Below are positions 17,069 through 25,961 of a stretch of DNA of 38,324 nt, one piece after another; positions within the stretch are counted from its first letter, which is position 1, and the number at the start of each line of letters is the position of its first letter. The position numbers and the translations under genes were made by a program. This stretch comes from a virus. Taxonomy: Duplodnaviria > Caudoviricetes. The notes under the pieces are model-generated. The model did no database searches. It worked only from the letters and a program-made list of their open reading frames with translations, and had not been told where the DNA came from. The DNA is taken from positions 1-38,324 of the IMG/VR virus record IMGVR_UViG_3300025621_000024; one strand, written 5' to 3'.

Positions 17069-18193
17069 TCAGGCGGCAGCGGCTTCAACCTTGGACTTGG
17101 CGAAGTCCTTGGGGTCGATGCCGGTTGCCTTGCACACGGCAATCTCGGTGGCGCTCAGCTGCTCATCGTTGCCGCCTTCAGGCTTCTTGCCATCGGTCTG
17201 CGACTTGCCTGCCAGCGCCGGGTTGGCCGGCGTCTTGTCGACCATTGCGCGCAGGGTTGCGATGTCCGCCTTGCCGACGTTGCGCCACACGTCCTCGGCA
17301 GCAGGAGTGAGCTTGCCCTCGGCCTTGGCCTTGGCGATCAGCTCGTCCACCTCGCGATTTACACCGACGGCCTTGAGAGCGGTTACTTCGGTGTTGAGCT
17401 CGTTGAAACGGTCCAGGCTCACCCACTTCGAGGGGTCGGGTTCACCGCCGGCTTTGTCGGCCTTGGTGCGCAGCGCGGCGATCGCGATGCCCGCAGTTGC
17501 GGCGTCGGTGGTCTCGGCCACGCCCAGGCTCTTGAGCAGGGCGGTGAGATCGCTGCGCGCATGCTGCAGGCTGGCGAGCGCGGCGGTGGCTTGCGCCTCG
17601 GTGGCGTCGTCCGCCAGGCCGAGCGCCTTGAGAAGGGCCTTCAATACAGGGTTCATGTCGGAGTGCTCCGGGTCGGTTGAGGGATCTGAGGAAAAGCGGG
17701 CGTTCAACCGCGCGACGCGCTCTTGCGCGACGGGGCTGATGTCCAGGGCGGGGATGTTGGTGAGCGCGCCGTTGATCACGTCGGTGATCTGACCGCTCTT
17801 CTTGTCGTATGCGATGACTGGCGAGAGGTACAGGTACTCACCCGCCTCGATCATCTGTTTGGCGCGGGCCGTCCACTGCGTGTTGAGCATGTAGAGGCCA
17901 CCACCATCGCGCCACTCGAACGTGCTGCCCCAGCCCGACGCAGGTGCAGGCTGGCCGTTGTCTTCCGACAGCATGGCTTGGTGCTCGTAGTCGAGGTTGA
18001 AGCGCACGGTGGCGTGGCGCGCGTTGAGCTTGGCCGCGAGCGCGCGGCCCTGGGAGTCAGTGAGCTTCCATGTGAGACCCTTTCCGGGGCGGCCGTCGCG
18101 ACCGGTGAACTCACCTGCAGGCAGGAGTTGAATCTCGGCCGATGCCTGGAGGGCAAGGGCCGAGGTGAGCAGGGCGATGGCGGTGTACTTCAT
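17069..18193 (-). CDS. Prohead protease I with nested scaffold Z (internal ATG at 17656)
   Basis: IQLLPAGEF.GRDGRP, DYEHQ, WT.RA..MI..GEY.YLSPV, ALTN.PAL; internal GGAG-N9-ATG (MNPVLKALL). Confidence 0.93.
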   Translation of the reverse strand: MKYTAIALLTSALALQASAEIQLLPAGEFTGRDGRPGKGLTWKLTDSQGRALAAKLNARHATVRFNLDYEHQAMLSEDNGQPAPASGWGSTFEWRDGGGLYMLNTQWTARAKQMIEAGEYLYLSPVIAYDKKSGQITDVINGALTNIPALDISPVAQERVARLNARFSSDPSTDPEHSDMNPVLKALLKALGLADDATEAQATAALASLQHARSDLTALLKSLGVAETTDAATAGIAIAALRTKADKAGGEPDPSKWVSLDRFNELNTEVTALKAVGVNREVDELIAKAKAEGKLTPAAEDVWRNVGKADIATLRAMVDKTPANPALAGKSQTDGKKPEGGNDEQLSATEIAVCKATGIDPKDFAKSKVEAAAA

Positions 18194-18202
18194 TGCCTGG
18201 CG

Positions 18203-18244
18203 ATCCTCGCGCGATCGCCCGGCTGCATCTTGTAAAGGCGTTTA
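18203..18244 (-). promoter_or_regulatory. Late promoter candidate upstream of protease I (PI-like)
   Basis: TAAA-N4-TTTA at 18233-18244, 24 nt, -10 GAGGAT at 18208-18203. Confidence 0.7.
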
Positions 18245-18260
18245 CTGCCTTACCGGACTC

Positions 18261-19019
18261 TCAGTCAGGAGGTTGGAGCTTGTCCTGCAGCAAGCGCTCC
18301 AGGTGGGCACGGCGCGCGCCTGGTGGGTAATGGAACGCGGGGTCCACTCCCAGCGGCACTTGTGAGATCTCGCCGCTGCGCGGGTTCGTGTACGACCGGT
18401 ACTGCTCCGGCGGCGCAACTCCGAGCTGCAGCCCTTCGCGCTCCATCGTGCGGCCGGTGTGCTGGATCACGGTGCATTTGCACCCCCACTCCTTGATGGG
18501 CATGTGGGACTGCCAGAAGGGGTCATCTACCGGCAGCACGAGGCCAGCATAAGCGAGGTGCGACTTGCGGGGGTGCTGCGCACCCGAGCGCACGTATTCC
18601 AGGAACCCGAACAGTCCCTTATTGCGCTGGATGCGCTCCCACTGGCCCTCACTGTAGGCCGTGGCCAGGTTCGTGTTGAAGATCGTTTTCAGGCGGCGCG
18701 GGCTCCCGAGCTGGACCACCTTCGTCTCGTTTGTGTCCGGGTCGGTCATCTCCTTCTTGCCCCACCAGCCCTTGTCCACCAGGAGCGGCTTGAGCTGTTT
18801 CTTGAAGGTCTGGAAGCTCACGCCGTCGGCGATCGCCTGGTCGACGGCCGACCGGATGTCCTGGAGCAGGTCGATCTGCATGACCTTGGCAACGGTGAAC
18901 ATGGCCTGCTGTTCTTGCTGCCAGACATCCCGGTAATCGAACCCGATACGGAAGCCTTTCTGGCGGAAAAAGTTGATCGCTTCGGCCGGCGGCAGCGGTT
19001 TCAGGGTGATGTCAGGCAT
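18261..19019 (-). CDS. Minor head protein, Mu gpF/gp30 (short form, no C-terminal extension)
   Basis: FTVAKV, GSPRRLKTIFNTN, DDPFW, WGCKC. Confidence 0.92.
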   Translation of the reverse strand: MPDITLKPLPPAEAINFFRQKGFRIGFDYRDVWQQEQQAMFTVAKVMQIDLLQDIRSAVDQAIADGVSFQTFKKQLKPLLVDKGWWGKKEMTDPDTNETKVVQLGSPRRLKTIFNTNLATAYSEGQWERIQRNKGLFGFLEYVRSGAQHPRKSHLAYAGLVLPVDDPFWQSHMPIKEWGCKCTVIQHTGRTMEREGLQLGVAPPEQYRSYTNPRSGEISQVPLGVDPAFHYPPGARRAHLERLLQDKLQPPD

Positions 19020-19220
19020 GGGACTGCACCAAAGCGGGGCAAGCCCCCGGCATCAAAACCGCCGCAAAGGGCTTCAACACCGCTTCAACAGCCGAGATCG
19101 CGGAGGGGTCGCGGCATGGGTAGCCACTTGGCCTCTCACCCCCCTCAAAAGCCCGATTTCTGGCCTTGGCGGGGAAAATCCAGTGCTGGCGCGGCCTGCG
19201 GCCCTGTTTTTGCCACATTT
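19020..19220. other. Central non-coding region, candidate strong gyrase site
   Basis: 201-bp gap at the genome midpoint; GCTTCAACA repeated at an 11-bp period (19071, 19082); short A/T tracts. Confidence 0.55.
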
Positions 19221-20810
19221 TCAGGCAGTCGGACGCTTGACCTGGTTGAGCTGGCCCCAGATCCGGGCGGCGAAGGTGCCACGTGCCAACAGGTCCACGA
19301 GCTTGTCTGGCCCGATCTCGGCCAGGCCGGCCTCCAGCGCCTGGCTGAAGTCCTCGAAACTGGTGGCGGTGGCCAGCGCCCGCTCCACCGGGTCGATCAG
19401 CTCGCCCATGCCCGCCTGCCATTCGTCCAGCATGTCGCCCGCCAGCTCGTCGAGCGCGTCGGCGTTCTCGACCTGGGCACGAAGGCGCGCCAGGCCAAGT
19501 TGCTCCCGCTCCGCATCACCATCAACAGGAGCTGGTGTCGGTGCGGCGGTGCTCGGAGACACCTGCAGCACGTCTTCGTCCTTGTCGGCCTGGGGAATCT
19601 TGAGCTTCTCGTGCGCCCAAGAGCGAGGGATGCGCATGCCGGCCGCCGTCAGCTTCGGGATGGCATCGGCGTAGAGCTTCACGTCCTCGGGCTCTTGTGT
19701 ATCCAGCACCAGGCGTGGGCAGCGAGCACGGTTGGTGAAGCCCTTGTTGATGGCCAGCACCGGGTAGATGACGTCACGCGTCACGGTCGAACCTGTCTGG
19801 CGTGCGTCGGCTTTCAGGATGTCGTGGCGCACCTCGTTGTGGATCTTGCCCAGCGCCTGGGTGCCGTTTTGCCCCTCGCCGCTGGTGAGCGTGCCACCCA
19901 GCACCACTTTGGAAATGACGCGCTCCATGTGGCTGATCATGGAATCAAAAGCCTTGTTGTCGCCCTTCGCCGCCTCCTTGAAATCGATCGCCATGCCTTC
20001 CGGGATGATGGCGGCCGCATCGTGGCCAATCCCGACAACCGCTCGGAGCAGTGTGGCCTTGTCTTCCTTGGTGGCCGACGGGTTGTACGTGCCAAGGCGC
20101 AGCGGGAGGCCGTAGATCTCCAGGAACTCAGCGAGGTCGCGCACCGCGAAGTTCTTGAAGATGAATGGCCAGACCAGCATGCGATAGAGGCCAGAGCGGG
20201 CGACATAGCCACTGCGTGATTTGTGCCGGTGCACCATCCACCCGAATGGCCAGAGCGCCGCGCCGTCCCCTGAACCATCGCGCAGTCGCAGCTCATTGCG
20301 ATCCATGCCCGAAGTCTTTGGTGTGGTGAACCAGCCTTGTGGGCGATGGGTTGCGCGAACGGGCAGGATTCCACCATCTCGCGAGCCCCACTCCAGTTCG
20401 AGCGCCGCGAAGCCGTGTCCGATACCGTCCGTGAGATCGAATAGCAGATCTTCGAAGTCAGGCATTCCCAGCAAGGCGTCCTTCGCGTATTGCGCAAGCT
20501 CCTCTTCCTCTGGCGTTGCGTTCTCCGGCGCGACCACATCCCAGTCCAGGCCCTGCAGCGCCAGGCGGCGCGTCTGCATGCAGCTGAAGATGTGACCATC
20601 CTTCTCTTCGATGTCCTGGTACAGCTCGTGCTGCGCGATCAGGTCACCCTGCTCGGCCGCCTGCATGATCTGCGCGAGCCTGGGTGGCGTGAGTCCGCGG
20701 CTGGGGTGGTTCTCCCACTCGGTGTGCAACTGGGCCATACGCGCCGTCTGTGGCTCGCGAAGGGCCTCGCGCTCGATGGGCTTCCCCCACTGATCAACGA
20801 TTTGAGGCAT
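19221..20810 (-). CDS. Portal protein, Mu gp29 (DUF935)
   Basis: HPSRGLTP.RL, EKDGHI, FLEIYGLP.RLG.Y, ISK.VLGGTLTS, HNEVR.DI. Confidence 0.95.
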   Translation of the reverse strand: MPQIVDQWGKPIEREALREPQTARMAQLHTEWENHPSRGLTPPRLAQIMQAAEQGDLIAQHELYQDIEEKDGHIFSCMQTRRLALQGLDWDVVAPENATPEEEELAQYAKDALLGMPDFEDLLFDLTDGIGHGFAALELEWGSRDGGILPVRATHRPQGWFTTPKTSGMDRNELRLRDGSGDGAALWPFGWMVHRHKSRSGYVARSGLYRMLVWPFIFKNFAVRDLAEFLEIYGLPLRLGTYNPSATKEDKATLLRAVVGIGHDAAAIIPEGMAIDFKEAAKGDNKAFDSMISHMERVISKVVLGGTLTSGEGQNGTQALGKIHNEVRHDILKADARQTGSTVTRDVIYPVLAINKGFTNRARCPRLVLDTQEPEDVKLYADAIPKLTAAGMRIPRSWAHEKLKIPQADKDEDVLQVSPSTAAPTPAPVDGDAEREQLGLARLRAQVENADALDELAGDMLDEWQAGMGELIDPVERALATATSFEDFSQALEAGLAEIGPDKLVDLLARGTFAARIWGQLNQVKRPTA

Positions 20811-20822
20811 GGTTTTCTCCGT

Positions 20823-22427
20823 TTACCAAGCGCCACGCTGGCTGCTGGTTATGTCGTCCTTGCCGTCGTCTCGCTGCATGTCCCAGCGCGAGCTGCGCGG
20901 TGGCGCCGGCTCGTATCCATAGGCAGTTGCACCGAACAGGTTACGGCTGGCGTGCCAGGCCAAAGCGCCCGCGATGAAGGTGTCACCGTGGCGCTTCTTC
21001 TTGGCGGCGTCGACCTGGCGCAGTTCCGGGATCTGAGGCACGCCCTTGACCACACGCGGCACGCGGTGGTCCGAGAGCACGTCTGCGTCCATCGGCAGTT
21101 CGATGAGCTGGTCCTCGAAGGCGCCCTTGTAGGGCGGCAGGTTCTCCAGGTACCAGGGCAAGGTGGCCTGGATCATGAGGATGCGGCTCTGGCCATAGCG
21201 CTGCGCCGTCTCCTCCGACATCTGCATGCCCAGCCCGCGCGCATCCAACGCGGCTCCACAGAAGCGCGGCAGGCCGTCGATGAGATACCACAGGATCTGG
21301 CGCTGCTGCTGGAACGGCATACCGCGCAGCTCGACGATGAAAGGCACCTTGCGCTTGAGACTGCGGAACTGGATCAGCGGCACGAACGCGGAAAGGTCAC
21401 CGACGCGCGCAAAGTCGGCGCCGAGGTAGGAGGTGATCTCCTGCAGCTCCTTGAGCTCATCGAGCAACGGCTTGATGTGCTCATCGCACCAGTCGAGCAC
21501 GGCGTTGCGACGGATCGGCTCAGCTTCGAAGGTGAACTCGGGCTTGCGTTGGTCGCGCAGCACCGGCCATCCCTGACGCATGCACCGCTCCACCAGCTCG
21601 CGGGTGAGGAAGGCGCCAGAGCCGTGCTTGGGCACACAGTCCAGCTCCTCCTCGGCATCGTCGCCGTAGTAGGCGCGGATCTCGCTGGCCCACTTGACCT
21701 GGCCCTCTTCGCTCCAGGCCTCACCCGTGCGCATGCAGATGCGGCGGTACAGACCCTCGTAAAGCGCCTCCTCGAAGGTGAAGCGGTGCACGCTGTACGG
21801 GTAGCGGCCAGCGCGTATGTCCTTGATCAGCTGGTTGAACGGGTTGTCGTCGCCGTCGTGTGTGCTGATGATGCGCAGGTCACCGCCCCAGATCAGCAGT
21901 GCCATCGCCGCCTTCAGGATCTCGGCCTGCTGCTCGTGGAACGCCGCTTCGTCCAAGATCACGCGGCCTTGCTTGCCTCGCAGGTTGCGCGGCTTGGAGC
22001 TGAGCGCGGTGATCCGGTTGCCGCTGGCGAACTTGATGCTGAAAGCGAAGACCGACTTCTTCTCTTCGCCTTCCAGGAACACATCCTCAGAGATCTCGAT
22101 CGCCTCGGCCACGCTCTGCAGCTGCTCGGCCCACTGGGCGCAGTCGAGGATGAACTCGATAGCCATGTCCTTGACATAGCCGATGTACCAGACGTCCATG
22201 CCGCTGGTGGCGGCCGCGCACAGCACCGAGTCGCAGGCCTCGGCCCACGACAAGCCGATGCGTCGGCTCTTCTCCACCACCTTGACCTTGCTTGTGTCGG
22301 CCAGCCAGCGTTGCTGGTACGGTAGCAGCACCGCGCCGTCGTCGTCCACGACAGGGCGGCGGCGGTCGAACTTGTAGTCGGCCGCTTCACCGAGCCGGCG
22401 CATTTCCGGGGTGATGATCTCGCTCAC
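20823..22427 (-). CDS. Terminase large subunit, Mu gp28
   Basis: LLPYQQRW, EKSRRIGLSW, LRGKQG.VILDEAAFH, RHGD. Confidence 0.95.
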   Translation of the reverse strand: MSEIITPEMRRLGEAADYKFDRRRPVVDDDGAVLLPYQQRWLADTSKVKVVEKSRRIGLSWAEACDSVLCAAATSGMDVWYIGYVKDMAIEFILDCAQWAEQLQSVAEAIEISEDVFLEGEEKKSVFAFSIKFASGNRITALSSKPRNLRGKQGRVILDEAAFHEQQAEILKAAMALLIWGGDLRIISTHDGDDNPFNQLIKDIRAGRYPYSVHRFTFEEALYEGLYRRICMRTGEAWSEEGQVKWASEIRAYYGDDAEEELDCVPKHGSGAFLTRELVERCMRQGWPVLRDQRKPEFTFEAEPIRRNAVLDWCDEHIKPLLDELKELQEITSYLGADFARVGDLSAFVPLIQFRSLKRKVPFIVELRGMPFQQQRQILWYLIDGLPRFCGAALDARGLGMQMSEETAQRYGQSRILMIQATLPWYLENLPPYKGAFEDQLIELPMDADVLSDHRVPRVVKGVPQIPELRQVDAAKKKRHGDTFIAGALAWHASRNLFGATAYGYEPAPPRSSRWDMQRDDGKDDITSSQRGAW

Positions 22428-23005
22428 GCTGCGCCTTTCGGCTTGGCGTCTGCCACACCCAGAATCTTCTTCTTGATCAGGTCGATGGTGTCATCGGACA
22501 GGCCCGCCTTCTTCGCAGTGCTGGCGACCTCGTTGGCCACCTTCACGGCCTCGGCCGCCACCAGCTTGCGCACGTTGATCTCGCGGTCGACCACCAGCTT
22601 GTCGGCGCCCGCGATGTCCTTCATTGCCTTGGCCAGGAACATCAGGTCTTCGGGCGCGGCCTCCTCAATGTTGCCGATGCTCTTGAACGCCACGAGGCGC
22701 AGCATCTCCAGCACCATGCGACCCACGTCGCCCTCCGGTTGCTTGCCCAGCTTGTCAACCCAGACCGAAGCCATCTGCGTGGCCTGGCGGTAGTCCTCCA
22801 TCTTCTGGGTGGCGTTCTTCACGTACCGGCCCACGGCCGAGCGTGAAGCCTCGCCCCCAGATCTGGCGATCAGCTCCACGATCTGGACGATGGTCAGGCG
22901 GCCCTCGCGGATGGCGGTGTCCACCGCGTCCTTGACCGCAGGGTCGAGCTGGGTGATGGAACTCGGGCGCGATGCCTTGCGCTTGCGCTGGGTTTTTTCG
23001 GCCAT
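22424..23005 (-). CDS. Terminase small subunit, Mu gp27 (DUF3486)
   Basis: SSI.QL, SRSAVGRY, GLSDDT...I.KKILG. Confidence 0.9.
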   Translation of the reverse strand: MAEKTQRKRKASRPSSITQLDPAVKDAVDTAIREGRLTIVQIVELIARSGGEASRSAVGRYVKNATQKMEDYRQATQMASVWVDKLGKQPEGDVGRMVLEMLRLVAFKSIGNIEEAAPEDLMFLAKAMKDIAGADKLVVDREINVRKLVAAEAVKVANEVASTAKKAGLSDDTIDLIKKKILGVADAKPKGAA

Positions 23006-23015
23006 TGAAAGCCCC

Positions 23016-23309
23016 TTAAGGCATGGGCCGCTTGACGCCGGGCACAGTGGCTCGGCCGGCGGCCGCATCGACGCCGCGCGCCGTGAGCGCGGCCATGACC
23101 ACCTCGCCGGTGATGGTCTGCGACACCAGGCCCTGCTCTGCCAGCCAGGCCACGTCGGTCTTCACCTGGTCGATGCTGGCGTCGTGGCCATAGACCTCGG
23201 CGATCGCATCGCGCAGCAGGAAGGCGTTGGCGCGGTAGCCAGGCGTTTCGGCCAGCATGAGCAAAAGGCTCAGGCGCCGGTCTTCGGTGAGGGTCTTCTG
23301 GAAGCTCAT
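23016..23309 (-). CDS. Mu gp26-like winged-helix protein
   Basis: EDRRL.LL, WLAEQGLV, LTARG.D.A.G...VPGVKRP. Confidence 0.88.
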   Translation of the reverse strand: MSFQKTLTEDRRLSLLLMLAETPGYRANAFLLRDAIAEVYGHDASIDQVKTDVAWLAEQGLVSQTITGEVVMAALTARGVDAAAGRATVPGVKRPMP

Positions 23310-23677
23310 CGCTTGTTCAAGAGGTGGTCGTGAATGAGGTTGGTCTGGTGCTCAACGCGCTCCAGCAGATGCTTCATGCCGTTCACGTCTGCTCCGAGCT
23401 TGCTCACCTCGGCCTGCATGGCGGCCTGGTCTTCCTGCGTGGGCATGTGCTCCAGGCGCTGCTCTACCCGCGTCTGGCGAGTGCCCAGCTCGGTGATCTG
23501 TGCCGTCGTCGAGGACTGGAACGCTGTGAGGTTGGTAGCGAGCGCGGCCACGGCCTTGGCGTTGTCGCTGTCCTTGGAGCGTAGATAGCCCCACACCGCG
23601 ACGACGGCGATGGAGAGCCACTGCAGTACGTCAAACCAGAAGCCCGCTGCCTTGTAGTCGAATTCCATTGGTGCCAT
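23306..23677 (-). CDS. Mu gp25-like (DUF2730) membrane/coiled-coil protein
   Basis: N-terminal TM segment, R...VEQRLEHMP, synteny. Confidence 0.75.
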   Translation of the reverse strand: MAPMEFDYKAAGFWFDVLQWLSIAVVAVWGYLRSKDSDNAKAVAALATNLTAFQSSTTAQITELGTRQTRVEQRLEHMPTQEDQAAMQAEVSKLGADVNGMKHLLERVEHQTNLIHDHLLNKR

Positions 23678-23680
23678 GTG

Positions 23681-24265
23681 CTATCGATTGATCTTGCGGA
23701 GGTAGGCCTTCAGGCGCTCGTAACGGGCGCGGTCGCGGGCACAGCTCTGGGCGTTGGTGGTGTGGTTGTCCCAGGCGTCGTCGAGGGTGAGGCCGGCACC
23801 TTGGGCACAAGAAGGATCGGCTCCTCCGAGGGCTGCATCAACTCCGCAGGCACTGGGGGGCACGTCTGGATGACCGACAAGGGAGCTGTTCCACAGCCAG
23901 ACAGCAGCGCTAGAAAGCTCAGGCCCAGCAGGCAACGGGACACCCTCTTGCGCGGCGAGAGGGCCAGACTGAGGGGCTGACTGCGGCGACGCCACAACCA
24001 GCGGTACGCGCTTGCGCAGCGCTGTATGACGTTTTGCGAGGTCGGCATATCGAGTCTCCTGGGCTCTCTGTTCAGTGATGGCGTCCGTGGCCGCGTCAAT
24101 ACCGATCTCGGTGTTGCGCACGAACTTGGTGTTGGCCGCGCGCTCGGTCTCGACCTGGCGCCCCTTCCAGTCGTTGTCGGTGTTGCGCACGCCCACGCGG
24201 TAGCCAGTGGCCACCAGGAACAGCGCTGCGAGCAGCAGCGCGAGGGCGCGTGCGGCGAGGCTCAT
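23681..24265 (-). CDS. Inner-membrane spanin (Rz-like)
   Basis: N-terminal TM anchor, helical periplasmic part, follows holin; contains embedded lipoprotein ORF. Confidence 0.75.
   Translation of the reverse strand: MSLAARALALLLAALFLVATGYRVGVRNTDNDWKGRQVETERAANTKFVRNTEIGIDAATDAITEQRAQETRYADLAKRHTALRKRVPLVVASPQSAPQSGPLAAQEGVPLPAGPELSSAAVWLWNSSLVGHPDVPPSACGVDAALGGADPSCAQGAGLTLDDAWDNHTTNAQSCARDRARYERLKAYLRKINR
23710..23943 (-). CDS. Embedded outer-membrane spanin lipoprotein (Rz1-like); start approximate
   Basis: Alternate frame: (M)SRCLLGLSFLALLSG-C lipobox followed by Pro-rich CPPVPAELMQP. Confidence 0.78.
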   Translation of the reverse strand: MSRCLLGLSFLALLSGCGTAPLSVIQTCPPVPAELMQPSEEPILLVPKVPASPSTTPGTTTPPTPRAVPATAPVTSA

Positions 24266-24597
24266 GGAGCTTCTCGTGGCTGGTGGATGGCGGGCTGAGC
24301 GCGCATTCGCAGGACGATCATGGCCACTCCAAACGCACCGGTGATGTAAGGCCAAAACTGCGCTGGCACGGCGAACTCAATCAGTGGAAGCACCTCGGCC
24401 TGGATTGCAGAGAGCGCTGTGAGCGCAGCCGCTGCCCGGACGCTATCCATGCGCCAGGCCTCGCGCCACTCGGGGATCAGCTTGTCTCGCAGGCTTGGCA
24501 CGAAGAGCACGGCCGCGATCATGCCGATGGCGAACATGGCCAGCGCGATCCAGAACAGCCACGAAACCGGGAGCTGGAAAGGGATGGGCGTGCTCAT
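24262..24597 (-). CDS. Holin candidate
   Basis: 111 aa with about three hydrophobic segments, KLIPEWREAWRM.SV, between endolysin and spanin. Confidence 0.72.
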   Translation of the reverse strand: MSTPIPFQLPVSWLFWIALAMFAIGMIAAVLFVPSLRDKLIPEWREAWRMDSVRAAAALTALSAIQAEVLPLIEFAVPAQFWPYITGAFGVAMIVLRMRAQPAIHQPREAP

Positions 24598-25058
24598 ACC
24601 AAGCCTTTCAGGTAACGGGCCTTCTGACCGCGCTCAAAGATGGCGGTTAGCACCTGCTGGCGCGGCGGCTCGCCGAACACTGGGATGCCAAGGTGCACCC
24701 AGGTGCCCTCGTAGATGAGCTGGTCGAACACCACGCCATTGGTGATGAGCTGCGCGCAAACTTCGCGCGGCGAGCCGAAGCCCGGACAAGTGAAGTCGGC
24801 CGCACGGCCGTCGAGATGGGCGCTGGTGCGCGCGCCGCCTACGATCGCATTGACCTCGCGGCTGCGGAAGCCGCTGGTGATCAGGATCGGGTTGCCGACC
24901 AGGTTGGAGCGCACCACCTCCAGGCACTGCGCAAGGCGCCGCAGGTTGTCGAGCTGAGAGCCGACCGGCTCATTGCGAATGCCACGGCGCTCGGCCGCAC
25001 CGCTGATCGTCAGCTCAGAGAGGTGGAAGTGAGGGGTGAGTAGGAGGTCTTGGCGCAT
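24594..25058 (-). CDS. Endolysin, peptidase M15A family
   Basis: LTPHF.L.EL, ITSGFRS..VN..VGG..TSAH..GRAADF, WVH Zn ligands. Confidence 0.92.
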   Translation of the reverse strand: MRQDLLLTPHFHLSELTISGAAERRGIRNEPVGSQLDNLRRLAQCLEVVRSNLVGNPILITSGFRSREVNAIVGGARTSAHLDGRAADFTCPGFGSPREVCAQLITNGVVFDQLIYEGTWVHLGIPVFGEPPRQQVLTAIFERGQKARYLKGLV

Positions 25059-25064
25059 TGCGGC

Positions 25065-25106
25065 AATGTGCCGCGCGCGCGCGAAGAGGGCTTGTAAAGC
25101 GGTTTA
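25065..25106 (-). promoter_or_regulatory. Late promoter candidate upstream of endolysin (Plys-like)
   Basis: TAAA-N4-TTTA at 25095-25106, 24 nt, -10 CACATT at 25070-25065, ATG 7 nt downstream. Confidence 0.72.
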
Positions 25107-25472
25107 CCTCGGGGGATCGCTTGCTTCACGAGCCAACCTGACGCCGTCGAGATCCACCATCCATGTGCAACCGCACATTGCATGGCCGCTTCGGTTGATC
25201 TGTCGCTTGCAAGCCGGGTTCGGGATCGGCATCTCTCGCAGAGCCTCTTCGAACGTGAACCGTGTGTCTTGCATTGCAATGCACTCATGTCCACTGGACG
25301 GCTCAAGCGGCGTGTAGATGAACAGATGGCCATGCCACTGGCGCATTGCTCTCCAACCTTCAAGCTGAAACAAGGCTGCATCCCGCAGCGCTCCAGATGG
25401 GTCGCGTCCTGCGCTGTGCGCCTTTAGAGCACGCTCAAAGGCTGCGGATGCTTTTGCGCTCCAGTTCGGCAC
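25104..25472 (-). CDS. Hypothetical Cys-containing protein, probably co-transcribed with the repressor
   Basis: Fills the gap; C..FTFEEAL..PIP...C...CGC pattern reminiscent of MuF-type Cys motifs; start uncertain. Confidence 0.6.
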   Translation of the reverse strand: MPNWSAKASAAFERALKAHSAGRDPSGALRDAALFQLEGWRAMRQWHGHLFIYTPLEPSSGHECIAMQDTRFTFEEALREMPIPNPACKRQINRSGHAMCGCTWMVDLDGVRLAREASDPPR

Positions 25473-25487
25473 CAGGCAACTCGCAAT

Positions 25488-25952
25488 TCAAGGCTTGGCC
25501 GTGGCGTCTTCGACAGCAACGCCCAACACGCCGGACTTTGCCAGAGAACGCATTGCGAGCACAACATCAGTGTGCGTCGACATGTTCGCATCCCCATTCG
25601 TTCGATTGACGGCGTACATGCCCAGCAACTTGGCGCAATCAACCTTTTTCCCGGCGCCCTGCAGCACGCCTGCCAGCCCTTCAAGCAGCTCGACGTTGCT
25701 CGTGGGCGCACCCTTGGACACCAGTTCGTTGCGCACTGACGCGACCTGGTTGTGCAGGCCGTTCGGTGCAATGCAGCGCGCATCCGCTCTGGTCAGCGCC
25801 GCCTTGGTACGACGGGCCTCAGGACTTGAATCCGCCACAAGCTTCCCTGCGTCAACGCTGGCCAGCATGATGTAAGGGGCGGGCCGCTCCTGAGTCAACC
25901 CGGCGACCGATGCGACGGCCAGCGCAAATGCAATCAAAATGTTTTTCATCAT
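25488..25952 (-). CDS. Exported hypothetical protein (moron) downstream of the repressor
   Basis: Sec-type signal MKNILIAFALAVASVAG; GGGA SD; starts 10 nt after the cI stop. Confidence 0.8.
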   Translation of the reverse strand: MMKNILIAFALAVASVAGLTQERPAPYIMLASVDAGKLVADSSPEARRTKAALTRADARCIAPNGLHNQVASVRNELVSKGAPTSNVELLEGLAGVLQGAGKKVDCAKLLGMYAVNRTNGDANMSTHTDVVLAMRSLAKSGVLGVAVEDATAKP

Positions 25953-25961
25953 CGTCCCTAT

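Noticed and set aside
18194-19019. Anti-CRISPR locus before protease I, or MuF C-terminal toxin
   Set aside because: Only 67 bp between F and I (promoter), and F ends after the core domain
11730-22325. Very long + strand ORFs (e.g. 11730-13247, 15121-16692, 18459-20219, 20490-22325)
   Set aside because: Antisense shadows of GC-rich conserved structural genes; no motifs and composition typical of reverse-frame translation
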